Source of the DNA: Alphaproteobacteria bacterium
GTDB lineage: Bacteria > Pseudomonadota > Alphaproteobacteria > Bin95
Reading direction: 5' to 3'
DNA: 64,000 nt
Assembly (NCBI GenBank): GCA_965205265.1
Contig: CBDBGH010000003.1
Location: 2,944,001-3,008,000 of the forward strand
How positions within the stretch are numbered: the stretch's first letter is position 1; every line of letters starts with the position of its first letter. The notes beneath the pieces are model-generated. The model had not been told where the DNA came from and searched no databases. It saw nothing but the letters and a program-made list of their open reading frames with translations. The translations under genes were made by a program, and so were the position numbers. Shown here piece by piece: positions 52,323 to 64,000 of this stretch.

Positions 52323-53966
52323 TCAGCTTGACGACGGCTTGAAGTTCCACGGGAGCAGGTCGTCGATGCGGTCGTTGGGATGGCCGACCGCGATGGCTTC
52401 GAGGGTGGCCTTGAGCCAGGCGTAGGGCTCGACCCCGTTCAACCTGGCGGTCTGGGTGAGTGAAGCGATCCGGCCCCAGGCGACCGCGCCTTCGTCGTGA
52501 CCCGCGAAGAGCGCGTTTTTCCTTGTAAGGGCAATCGGCCGGGCGAGGTTCTCGACGGCATTGCTGTCCATCTCGACGCGGCCGTCGGCGAGGAACAGCC
52601 GGAGGCCGTCCCAGTGACGGGCGATATAGGCGAGCTTCTCGCCGAGGCGGGACTTGGGCGAGATGCGGGCGCGCTGCTGCTTCAGCCAGTCGCCGAAGGC
52701 CTCGACCAGGGGCGCGGAGCGCGCGTGTCGTTCTGCGAGACGTTGCTCGGGCGGGCTGCCGCGGATGTCGGCCTCGATGGCGTAGAGCTCGGCGATCCGG
52801 CGCAGGCCCTCTGCCGCGATCTCGGAGCCGCTGCTGTCGTAGATCTCGCGGAGCCGGCGCCTCGCGTGGGACCAGCAGTAAGCCAGCCGTATCGGCGCGC
52901 CGCCCTTGCGGCTCGGTCCAGTCAGCCGGTTGTAGCCGGCATAGCCATCCACCTGGAGGATACCATCGAAGCCGTCGAGGAAGCGCTCGGCATATTCACC
53001 GCCGCGCCCGGGCGCATAGAAGTACACAACGCCCGGCGGGTCGGGTCCGCTCCAGGCACGGTCGTCGCGGGCCAGCGCCCACAGCCAGCCGGTCTTGGTC
53101 CTGCCGCGGCCCGGATCGAGCACCGGCGCCCGCGTCTCGTCCATGAACAGCTTCGAAGAGCGCTTGAGATGCTCCGCCAGCCGGTCGGCCACCGGTTTCA
53201 GATGGAATGACGCCCTGCCGACCCAGCCGGCCAGCGTCGAGCGGTCCAGATCGAGGCCGGAACGGGCATAGACCTGCGCCTGCCGGTGCAACGGGCAATG
53301 GTCCAGGTATTTGGAGACGAGCACATGGGCGATCGCGCCTTCGGTCGGCAACCCGCCCTCGATCAGCCGGGCCGGCGCCGGCGCCTGGGTGACGCCCTGT
53401 TCGCAGGCCCGGCAGGCGTATTTCGGCCGCACCGTGACGATCACCCGAAGCTGCGCCGGCACGATGTCCAGGCGCTCCGTGCGATCCTCGCCAATCTTCA
53501 CCATCTCCCCGCAGCCGCAGGGGCAGAGCGTGCTCTCCGGCTCGACCACCTGCTCGATCCGCTCCAGATGCTCCGGCAAGTGGCCGATATTGCGCGCCGG
53601 GCGAGGACGCTTCGGCGATTGGGCCGGCGTCGGATCTTCCGGCGCGGCCGCTGCTTCGATCTCCGCCGCCGCGCCCTCAAGGTCCTCGAACGCCAGCTGG
53701 CGCTCGTCCGCCGACAGCTTCTCCGACCTCTTGCCATACAGAAGGCGGATCAGTTCGAGGTTCAGATGTTCGAGACGGCGGATGCGCTCCGCCTGAGCCC
53801 CGTTGCGGTCCGTCAGAACTTCGTTCTCGCCCGCGAGACAGGCCTTCTCTTCCGCCAGCGTCTCGTTCTCGGCGCGAAGCACCTCCAGCGCCGCGATTGC
53901 CTGCACCGCCGCTTCCCGCTGTTCGGGCGTCAGCGTTCCGAGGTCGATCTCCGCAAGGGCCGGCAT
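52323..53966 (-). CDS. tnpC: IS66 transposase TnpC (intact)
   Basis: Full-length, ending DLLPWNFKPSSS. Confidence 0.93.
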   Translation of the reverse strand: MPALAEIDLGTLTPEQREAAVQAIAALEVLRAENETLAEEKACLAGENEVLTDRNGAQAERIRRLEHLNLELIRLLYGKRSEKLSADERQLAFEDLEGAAAEIEAAAAPEDPTPAQSPKRPRPARNIGHLPEHLERIEQVVEPESTLCPCGCGEMVKIGEDRTERLDIVPAQLRVIVTVRPKYACRACEQGVTQAPAPARLIEGGLPTEGAIAHVLVSKYLDHCPLHRQAQVYARSGLDLDRSTLAGWVGRASFHLKPVADRLAEHLKRSSKLFMDETRAPVLDPGRGRTKTGWLWALARDDRAWSGPDPPGVVYFYAPGRGGEYAERFLDGFDGILQVDGYAGYNRLTGPSRKGGAPIRLAYCWSHARRRLREIYDSSGSEIAAEGLRRIAELYAIEADIRGSPPEQRLAERHARSAPLVEAFGDWLKQQRARISPKSRLGEKLAYIARHWDGLRLFLADGRVEMDSNAVENLARPIALTRKNALFAGHDEGAVAWGRIASLTQTARLNGVEPYAWLKATLEAIAVGHPNDRIDDLLPWNFKPSSS

Positions 53967-54424
53967 GGCCAGTCTGGTAGCACAGTGTCGGGACGCGGCA
54001 CGCCCCGATCCGCCCAGTGAGTCATTCGGCCTCAGCCGGGCGCCGTGCCGACAGCGCTCGCACACGGCGCCAGTCCAGCCCGGAGAACAGCGCCTCGAAC
54101 TGCGCATGGCTCAGCGACATCACCCCGTCGCGGATCGCCGGCCAGACAAAGCCCTGGTCCTCCAGACGCTTGTAGACCATCACCAGGCCGGTCCCGTCCC
54201 AGTAGATCAGCTTCAGCCTGTCAGCTCGTTTCGTACGGAACGCTGCGGCGCGACAATCAGCTTGAGACGCTGGCGACAATCAGGATGAGACGGGGGAAGG
54301 CGGCGGCCCGGAACGGAGGGAGGGCGTAGCCCGACCGGAGTTCCGGGCCGCCGCCTCAAAAATTTTTCCTGGACCTTCTGGCGGGGTCGGTCGGCTGGGC
54401 GAACGGTGACGTTTTTCCGAGTAG

Positions 54425-56772
<2,348 letters not shown>

Positions 56773-57167
56773 ACCGCTGCCGCCAGATCGGCCCAGCGGC
56801 CACAACACTCACAGCCCGCGGGAATCGCCTCCGCGGGCCGTCTCTTCTCCGACCCGACGGCCCCCCCGCGACAATCAAAACGCTCTCCGAAAACCCTGTT
56901 TGTCGCGCCGCGACAATCAAAATCCGAAACCGCTTGCAATCCGCGCCCCGCGCGACAATCATCAACTCGCCGATGCCGCCGGGGAATCTCATCCTGATTG
57001 ACGCGCGGCTCTCACCCAGATTGTCGCGCTATAGAACGCGAAGACCGTTCCCGTGAACGGGTCCTTGCGCAATACGCTCTTCACATGCGCAACAAGGCCG
57101 TCGTGCTGCTTCCTGAAGTCCACGGGCTTCGTCGCAACCACGATCCGGACCCGGTTCGATGGGAAGA

Positions 57168-57566
57168 TCATACCGATGCGTTCAACGCCGACACGATCTC
57201 GGCGATCCGGCAAGCCGGTGTCGCGGCGTCCAGACGGAGCGTCACCCGGTCCTGGATCACTTCCAGGCGGTCGCTGCCCGCAGCGGGAACCCGGCGCTCA
57301 TCCTGACGCAAGACCACCGGAGCAAAACCCATCTCGCCCTCCGCAGGCAACACCAGAAGGCCCTTCCGTGCCTGGCGGCGCCATTCCGACAGCTGGTTCG
57401 AGTTGATCTCGTAGCGACGCGCTACCCCGGCGACCGTCGCGCCTTCCTCCAGTGTCTCGGCAACAATCCGCGCTTTCACCGAAGCCGGCCAGCGACGGCG
57501 AAAGCCGCCACGCGCCGGCAACACTTCAACCCTGGCGTTGGTGAGAAGCTCTGCTGAGGGCTCCAA
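57168..57566 (-). CDS. tnpA: IS66 accessory protein TnpA
   Basis: Protein identical to 46019..46417. Confidence 0.88.
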   Translation of the reverse strand: MEPSAELLTNARVEVLPARGGFRRRWPASVKARIVAETLEEGATVAGVARRYEINSNQLSEWRRQARKGLLVLPAEGEMGFAPVVLRQDERRVPAAGSDRLEVIQDRVTLRLDAATPACRIAEIVSALNASV

Positions 57567-58255
57567 TGAGAAATTCCCTTCGTCTCATTCCGAACCCTAA
57601 CTCCCACATCACCAGGCCTGTATGAAGGTGGGGCGCTCGCACCGCATACACTGTTCCTTCTGCTTTGGTGCAAACCAATAATCAATATAGGTGCCAGTTT
57701 CTTCACAATCATCAATCCATGGCAACGTGACCGTCTTAGCGTCAAGCGTTTTCGCCCTTGCCACCAACTCCTCGCAAGCCGATCTTACCCGCGCCTCATC
57801 GACTTGGGTTCCGTTTACCTTGGATATCAAGCACGCCAACGGGTCCAAATCATACCCGATTGCCTTCAGCCCGAGCTTCGCCGCCGTCCCCAATACCATC
57901 CCCGAACCGGTCATGGGGTCCAGCACAACAAAATCTGCTGGTAAATCTCGAAGTCCTTCCAACGCAATCTCAGGAGCCATACGGGCAGGAAACGGATGTA
58001 CGTGGATCATTTCATATCTCTCGAACCATTGACTCTCGTATCTTGTCAAAGATAGATTGACGGCTTACTCGCCTATCCAACACTCCACCTCTACCAGAAA
58101 CCTGATACATAGTCTTGAGCCTTCGCCGCACGACCACACTCCCCTGGCGCTTAAACCCGTCGTCCAAAACTAACCCAAGCTCCTGCATACTAAGTCCTAC
58201 AATACCATCCCGCCCACATATCAAGCACACATAAAAATCTCCATACCGTTGAAGT

Positions 58256-58456
58256 AATTCTCGGTACGTCTCCCGATGAGCTCTCGCAAAATTAAATATC
58301 CATGGCCCTTTTCTCCTTGACGACATCTTCAACCCTATCGGCGTGACGTTGTTCACTAGATAGCAGCCACTACCGCTCTCTCTCAATCTCTGTAACGTCA
58401 CGGGCTCCTCAAAATACTCAAGAAGCAACGCAAAAAATGAACCATGATATCGGGCT
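58256..58456 (+). repeat. 201-bp direct repeat, left copy (target duplication)
   Basis: AATTCTCGGTACG...GATATCGGGCT, matching 60373-60573. Confidence 0.95.
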
Positions 58457-60372
58457 CCTGACTTCGACGGTTGATTCGCATAAGTAGTTGATATTGCCTG
58501 GTTCTCATTTCGGCTAGGCACTACATCCGGCATTTCTTCGAGCCGTGCTTCGTCGACGGTCAGGCGAGTTGATACGGGGTGATCGTCAGGGGCAGCCCCA
58601 TGGTTGCGTAAATCTGCTCCGCCGCCGGTGTCGGCTTCGAGGGGATGACGTAGCGGTTGCCCGATTGCCGACAGCGCAGCAGGGAGCACTGGCGGTGGAC
58701 GAGGGCGGAGCGGATGACCTCCGGGGACATCCGCCGCTTCTGGATGGCGACGCGGTACGCAAGGTGTCGAACGCAGGCGAAGGCCAGGAAGGCGATGGCG
58801 ATGTGAGCGCGGATCCGGTCCGGGTTCCAGTGCCAGATGGGACGTATCTTCAGGTCGTGTTTGGTGATCCGGAAGCTCTCCTCGACCTGCCAGAGCCCCT
58901 GGTAGTGAGCCATCACTTCGGTGACGCGCGCGTCGCGCAGATTGGTGATGACGCCGGTGAGCCCGTCCCATCGTGCGGCCTCGGCGATCTTCTCCGGGTT
59001 CACCGTGAGCCGTGCGTCGCCCTCGACGGCGATGAAGCGCTTCGCCCCGTGATTGGAGAGCAGTTCCCTGGGATTGTCGCTGCGGGCCAGCCTGTCGAGC
59101 AGGCGTTCCACCTGATGGCGGCGCTCGTGCGCGTCCTTGCGTGCGCGCTGGGGGCAGAAGACGACGATCAGGCGACGGCCCTTGTACTCCCACTCGCCGA
59201 CCCGGCGGTCCTGTGAGCCCTCCAGCGGGGCATAGGTCCCGGGGTCGAGAACCTGCCCCAGCAGCGCGAGCGGCAGCTTGCGCAGCCGCGCGCCGACGAC
59301 ATACTCGCCGCCGATGGCGTCCATGGCGTCGAGGTTGTCGGCGCTCAGCATGCCCCGGTCGGCCACGCATACCGTGCGCTCCACCTGGTGGCGGCGCTGC
59401 ATGTCCTGCAGGACCGGGACCATGCTGTGTCCCTCGTAGGTGGCGCCGGGGAAGACCTCGTAGCTGATCGGCAGCCCTTCGCGCGTCACCATCAGCGCCA
59501 GCAGAACCTGCGAGTCCTTGTGTTTGCCGTCCTTGCTGAAGCCGTGCTGGCGAAGCTCGTCCTCGGCGGCCGTCTCGAAGTAGAGCGTGGTGCAATCGAA
59601 GAAGAGGATCGCGACCGGCTCCGGCAGCAGCGACCGGCTCGCCTCGCCGACGCGCGTGCGCAGTCGCTCGATCACCGTCGCGTCGAGCTGATCCATCATC
59701 CGGTAGACCTTCTCGAGCGGAAGACTCACGCCGAAGTCCTCCTCGAGCCGGCGCACGCTGCCCCGCTTGCTGTCGGGGTTGGCTACCCGCGCCATCACCA
59801 CATGGAACAGCGCGTCATGGGAGGCCCGGTAGCGCGAGCGCGGCAGCAGCGCGTCGAGGCCCAGCAGCCGGTAGATCTCGCCATAGACCTCGTGGATGCC
59901 TGTGATCAGGCGCTGCTCCTCTTCAAGCTGCTTGAGGTCGACCGGGAGTTCCTCCTTGCCGTCCCCCCGGCGGCCGACACGGATCGCCTGCTCAGCGATC
60001 TTCTCGGGCGCAAACAATGCCGGCTGACGCTCGTCCTCCAGCTTCGCCTTGACGTACTCGCCGAGCTGCCTCAGGCGCTCGAGCTCGTCCTCGTCCATGG
60101 CCACGCCGACATGGCGGACGATGCGCTGTCGGACCTTGCCGCCGTCGCGCACGGCCTCGACGATCTGGACCGAGCGTCGCGGGCTGTTGGGGGAGGTCTT
60201 GATGCGCACGAACATGGGGGGAGTGTAGCGCGTGGCGGAGGCATTGACAGTCTCAAAGATTTACTAGGCACTACAACGCAGCTTGACCGCACCGCAACTG
60301 CCAACTCATTGGCTTTACTGAAAACTCCAGACGCGAGATCGGTCAGAAGTCAGCCCAACCGTCGAAGTCAGG
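58457..60372 (-). mobile_element. IS1634-family element
   Basis: 17-bp perfect TIR CCTGACTTCGACGGTTG/CAACCGTCGAAGTCAGG; long flanking direct repeat. Confidence 0.92.
58560..60215 (-). CDS. IS1634-family DDE transposase
   Basis: MFVRIK start, FFDCTTLYFE, GFSKDGK, VADRGM and YQGLWQVEESFRITK. Confidence 0.93.
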   Translation of the reverse strand: MFVRIKTSPNSPRRSVQIVEAVRDGGKVRQRIVRHVGVAMDEDELERLRQLGEYVKAKLEDERQPALFAPEKIAEQAIRVGRRGDGKEELPVDLKQLEEEQRLITGIHEVYGEIYRLLGLDALLPRSRYRASHDALFHVVMARVANPDSKRGSVRRLEEDFGVSLPLEKVYRMMDQLDATVIERLRTRVGEASRSLLPEPVAILFFDCTTLYFETAAEDELRQHGFSKDGKHKDSQVLLALMVTREGLPISYEVFPGATYEGHSMVPVLQDMQRRHQVERTVCVADRGMLSADNLDAMDAIGGEYVVGARLRKLPLALLGQVLDPGTYAPLEGSQDRRVGEWEYKGRRLIVVFCPQRARKDAHERRHQVERLLDRLARSDNPRELLSNHGAKRFIAVEGDARLTVNPEKIAEAARWDGLTGVITNLRDARVTEVMAHYQGLWQVEESFRITKHDLKIRPIWHWNPDRIRAHIAIAFLAFACVRHLAYRVAIQKRRMSPEVIRSALVHRQCSLLRCRQSGNRYVIPSKPTPAAEQIYATMGLPLTITPYQLA

Positions 60373-60573
60373 AATTCTCGGTACGTCTCCCGATGAGCTC
60401 TCGCAAAATTAAATATCCATGGCCCTTTTCTCCTTGACGACATCTTCAACCCTATCGGCGTGACGTTGTTCACTAGATAGCAGCCACTACCGCTCTCTCT
60501 CAATCTCTGTAACGTCACGGGCTCCTCAAAATACTCAAGAAGCAACGCAAAAAATGAACCATGATATCGGGCT
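60373..60573 (+). repeat. 201-bp direct repeat, right copy
   Basis: Matches 58256-58456. Confidence 0.95.
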
Positions 60574-60583
60574 GTGTCAGCTA

Positions 60584-62439
60584 TCATCGGCGATTTTGGA
60601 CAAATCTCACTGCCCCACCGTTAATCTTGTAGAACAATCGTGCCTTCCCCTTTCCGTTGTGAAATATTTTTAAATGATGGCGCGCATCCGGTATCTCGCT
60701 TCGACGATACTCATTCGTCGCAAAAATTCCCTTTGTCCTACGTATAGTATTCTTCTCGTGGTCAGTGTATCGGCTTGCGGCTGTTCCAAACCCACTCGGT
60801 CTATGAAACGAAACGCGGTGATTTCCATTCGCGATCTCCTGCTCCAGATATCGAACGACGTATGGTGGAAACTCCTCATCGCTGAACCTAGCACGCAACG
60901 CTTTGAGCATATCCACATCGCTTCTACCATTACGTACAAATAACGCCGACAGCTCAGAGTCGCGGTAATCGAATCGCCGAACGACATCTCTCCGCCTTCA
61001 AAATCAACACTTGATCTATCGATTGACCCCGCCGCGGTGGGTGTCGTCTTGTGATCTGCTAGCCACACAGGCGCCCCAGCACCACTTCGTTGAGCCTCAA
61101 GTGCCAGCTTGTGGAAAGCAAAACATTTGCTCCAATTACCCATAAGTGTCTCCGGTATCCAGAGCTGAAAGTGCTCTTTGTAATCCTTCCTTGTGCCAAA
61201 CATGCGCGCCCTCTGAATATAAGTATCTTGCGAAAATTTTCCCTTGACGGTTCGGGTGAAGTACATTGACAATAAATTCTCAAACGTTACACCACGGGAT
61301 ATAATATTTCCACCTACGCCGAACGAAAATAGGCTAGTTGGTGTCGAAATCTCTGCCACTTTACCTGGATTGGGCCTACTGGAGTTGATCTCCACTACAA
61401 CATTACGATTAATGTTACGAAGCACAAACTCTCCCAGCTTGGTCGCATGTGCGGAAGAAAAAAGTCTGGCGGTGTCGTAGAGTCTTCTGCGCAAGGGCTC
61501 AAAGCGTGCCGACGACGGGGTCGAAAGCGTGGCTAAGGTGGATTGGATCAGGTCGACGTCTTCAGCATGCTCATCGCGCTTTCCGCTTGTATGAACAAGC
61601 ATTGTGAAATTTGATGTTTTCCCCAAATGATGAAGATATGCTACCCCACACAGGAAATGGAGTATGGCATTTTGTATTTCTCCTTTCTCATCTCCTTGGT
61701 CCGCGCTGAAGGTATGCAACCTATACTGGCAAACATTATTTTCTGGGAAGAAGAACTCTTGACCAACATATTCTGGATGGGGCGAAAAATCTACCCACTT
61801 CTCGCTATCATTTTGGAAAGTGTTATTTAGGTTTAGCCTCGCCGGTGTAGCCGTGACACCAATATACTTTCCATCGGAGCCCAAAAGTCGGGAGATTAGT
61901 GAATTGATTTTGGTTTTGTCATGATCTGGCCTGTTCACGTTGCCATCTGGCGAAGCATAATCTGCTTCATCATCGATCACAATTAATCCATGTTCCAGAC
62001 GCAAAAATTCTATCAATTTTTCAAGATCTCTTGCGTTCTTCTTACAGAAAATTACCCAACTTCGGCCTTTCAACTGTCTAGGATCGCTTGGTAGATCACT
62101 AAATTGCTTCGGTGATGGATTAAGTCCGGAAAGTCGAAATCGGGACAAATTTTGGCTCAACAAATCTACACTATCAGTCATCAGATTAATAATAATTGGA
62201 TATCCTTCGTCTAGTAATCTTGCATTCAAAGCTATCATCATTTCAGTTTTGCCGCTTTGAGGTTCCCCAAAAATCACAAGGGAACGCGACCCATCCTGAT
62301 GTACGTTCTGGAATGTTGATCGTATAGCTTCTTCTATTGACGTAGTGTCTATACCCTCTTGCTGCAATTGCTCGATTCGTGTTTCGTATTGCTGAGTACC
62401 CGCGTTTCCAACGATTTTTGACCAATCAACAGTGTTCAT
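60584..62439 (-). pseudogene. Z1-domain SF2 helicase-like ATPase with a probable 1-bp frameshift near 60975
   Basis: GEPQSGKT, IDDEADYAS, YIGVTATP, MLVHTS, GGNIISRGVTFENL and QRARMFG; the other frame (FDYRDSEL...VQNRR) ends in an ATGA overlap with the next gene. Confidence 0.8.
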
Positions 62440-62536
62440 AATGCAATCCTTGCTGCTTCTAGTTGTTACCCATCCGCCCACTCATCGAATCGGGCTCGAA
62501 GGAGTGGGCGTAGGTTTACGATTGATTCGGCCTATG

Positions 62537-63991
62537 TCAAATCCGCCCGTCATAAGCCCGCCAGCCGATCTCCGCGGCGATGATCGTGAAGCGGTCGCGC
62601 GCCAGCGCCGCCTCCAGTTCCCGCGCAAGCCCCGCCCGGTCGCGGACGGCGACGCCTTCGCCGCCGAGGGCGCGGGCGACGGCGGGGAAGTCTGTGGCGC
62701 CGAAGTCCACGGCGAGGTTGGGGAGCTGGGACGAGCGCTGCTTCAGTTCGATCAGGCCGAGCTGCGCGTCCGCGAAGACGAGGATGGGCAGGGGGAGGCG
62801 CAGGTCGCGCAAGGTGGCGAGCTCGCCGAGGACCATCTCCAGGCCGCCGTCGCCCACCGTCGCCACCACCGCGCGCTCCGGCTCCGCCAGCTTGCGCCCG
62901 ATGGCGAGCGGCACCGCGCCGCCCATGGTGCAGAGCCCGGTGGACTGGAGCAGGCCGCGCGGGCGGTGGCACGCGAAGAGCTGGCTCAGCACGATCCGGT
63001 GCGCGCCGCTGTCGGTCGTCACCACGGCGTCGTGGGGCAGCGCCCGGCGGAGCGCATCGACCACCGCCGCCGGGCCCCATTCCTCGTCGAGCCGGCTTTC
63101 CGCATGCAGCGCCGCCTTCGCCGCCGCCGGCTCGCCCTCCGGCCAGGTGTCCTGCGGCGCCACACCCCGGCCGAGCGCCTCCAGCCCCGCGCCGACATCG
63201 CCCGGGAACAGGAGCCGCGCCCGGTGCATAAAGTGGCCGCCCGTGACGGCCGGCAGGTCGATGACGCGCGCGCCCTCAGGCCAGGGATCGCGCCAGCCGA
63301 TACGCATCTCTATCGGGTCGTAGCCGGCGAGCACCACGCAGTCCGACGCCGCCACCAGCGGCAGCAGGCGGCGGTCCGCGCGCGGGCTGAGGCCGGCGCC
63401 GCCGAGCGCCAGCGGGTCGTCCTCCGGCAGCGCGCCCTTCGCCTTGTAGCTCGTTATGAGCGGCGCGCGGAACCGCCGGCAGAAACCCGCGACGGCCGCC
63501 TCCGCGCCCTGGTTCGGCACGTCGAGGCCGGCGATGACGAGCGGGCGGCGGGCCTCCGCCAGCCAGGACCGGGCCTCCTCCAGCGCCGGGCCCTCCGCCG
63601 GGCCGGTCGAGGCGGGCGCGGGCGCCGGGGCCGACGCGGCCTGCGGGGCGGGCTGCTCGCGGGTCTGCACGTCGATGGGGATGTCGAGCAGCACCGGGCC
63701 GGGCCGGCCTTCCGTGGCGATGGCGACCGCCCGGTCGGCCAGCATGGCGGCCATGCCGTCCCCGACGCGGAAGGCGGCCTTGGCGACCGGCTCCACCAGC
63801 CTCGCATGGTCGAGCACCTGGTGGGTGTAGGCGTGTTGCTCGTCGGTGGCGACGCAGCCGGTCAGCACCACCATCGGCACGCGGTCCTGCCAGGCGTTGG
63901 CGATGACGTTCACCGCATTGGCGAGGCCGGGGCCGATGGTGACGACCAGGATGGCCGGCGCGCCGTCATGGTGGTGGACGCCCTCGCCCAT
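62537..63991 (-). CDS. Thiamine-pyrophosphate-binding enzyme (acetolactate synthase-like); N-terminus beyond window
   Basis: TIGPGLAN, RPGPVLLDIP, DSGAH, CTMG and VGDGG. Confidence 0.9.
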   Translation of the reverse strand: MGEGVHHHDGAPAILVVTIGPGLANAVNVIANAWQDRVPMVVLTGCVATDEQHAYTHQVLDHARLVEPVAKAAFRVGDGMAAMLADRAVAIATEGRPGPVLLDIPIDVQTREQPAPQAASAPAPAPASTGPAEGPALEEARSWLAEARRPLVIAGLDVPNQGAEAAVAGFCRRFRAPLITSYKAKGALPEDDPLALGGAGLSPRADRRLLPLVAASDCVVLAGYDPIEMRIGWRDPWPEGARVIDLPAVTGGHFMHRARLLFPGDVGAGLEALGRGVAPQDTWPEGEPAAAKAALHAESRLDEEWGPAAVVDALRRALPHDAVVTTDSGAHRIVLSQLFACHRPRGLLQSTGLCTMGGAVPLAIGRKLAEPERAVVATVGDGGLEMVLGELATLRDLRLPLPILVFADAQLGLIELKQRSSQLPNLAVDFGATDFPAVARALGGEGVAVRDRAGLARELEAALARDRFTIIAAEIGWRAYDGRI

Positions 63992-64000
63992 GAAGCCCGC

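Larger units (their letters stand above)
58012..60587 (-). pseudogene. Small (about 152 aa) hypothetical protein gene interrupted by IS1634
   Basis: MIADTARYHGSFF...ETYRE at 60587-60373; duplicated segment continues LLQRYGDFYVCLICGRDG...VREI to 58012; ATGA-coupled to the Z1 gene and 1 bp from the MTase start. Confidence 0.8.

Noticed and set aside
56860-57033. Repeated GCGACAATC units (also 48409-48640) as an array or iterons
   Set aside because: Explained as subterminal transposase-binding repeats of IS21 ends
58534-59595. N-terminal part of the 527-aa ORF 58012..59595
   Set aside because: Off-frame overlap with the IS1634 transposase; only the portion from 58533 down is plausible

Overview
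GC-rich alphaproteobacterial chromosome segment, probably marine (inferred from a dsyB homologue). Positions 1-45 kb are mostly core and metabolic genes: pgk, a sirtuin, rpe, groES-groEL with a CIRCE operator, tRNA-Pro(TGG), ctaA, a DsyB-like DMSP-synthesis methyltransferase, a P450 and a NicX-like/acyl-CoA catabolic operon. This part also has a conserved cluster of glycosyltransferases, a peptide-type ABC importer, an atypical ABC exporter and a cNMP-binding protein, plus two toxin-antitoxin pairs, REP-like palindromes and two MITE-like elements. An AhpD/CMD-like gene has an in-frame TGA in a CxxU motif followed by a SECIS-like hairpin, making it a candidate selenoprotein. Positions 45.9-62.5 kb are an accessory region: two inverted IS66 copies, each interrupted by a different IS21 variant, and an IS1634-family element with a 201-bp target duplication. 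These elements fragment a low-GC three-gene operon (Z1-domain helicase-like ATPase, small unknown protein, SPPY-type DNA methyltransferase). It looks like a compact restriction-modification-like defence system in which every gene carries a lesion. All calls come from reading the sequence and recalled family motifs; no database searches were run.
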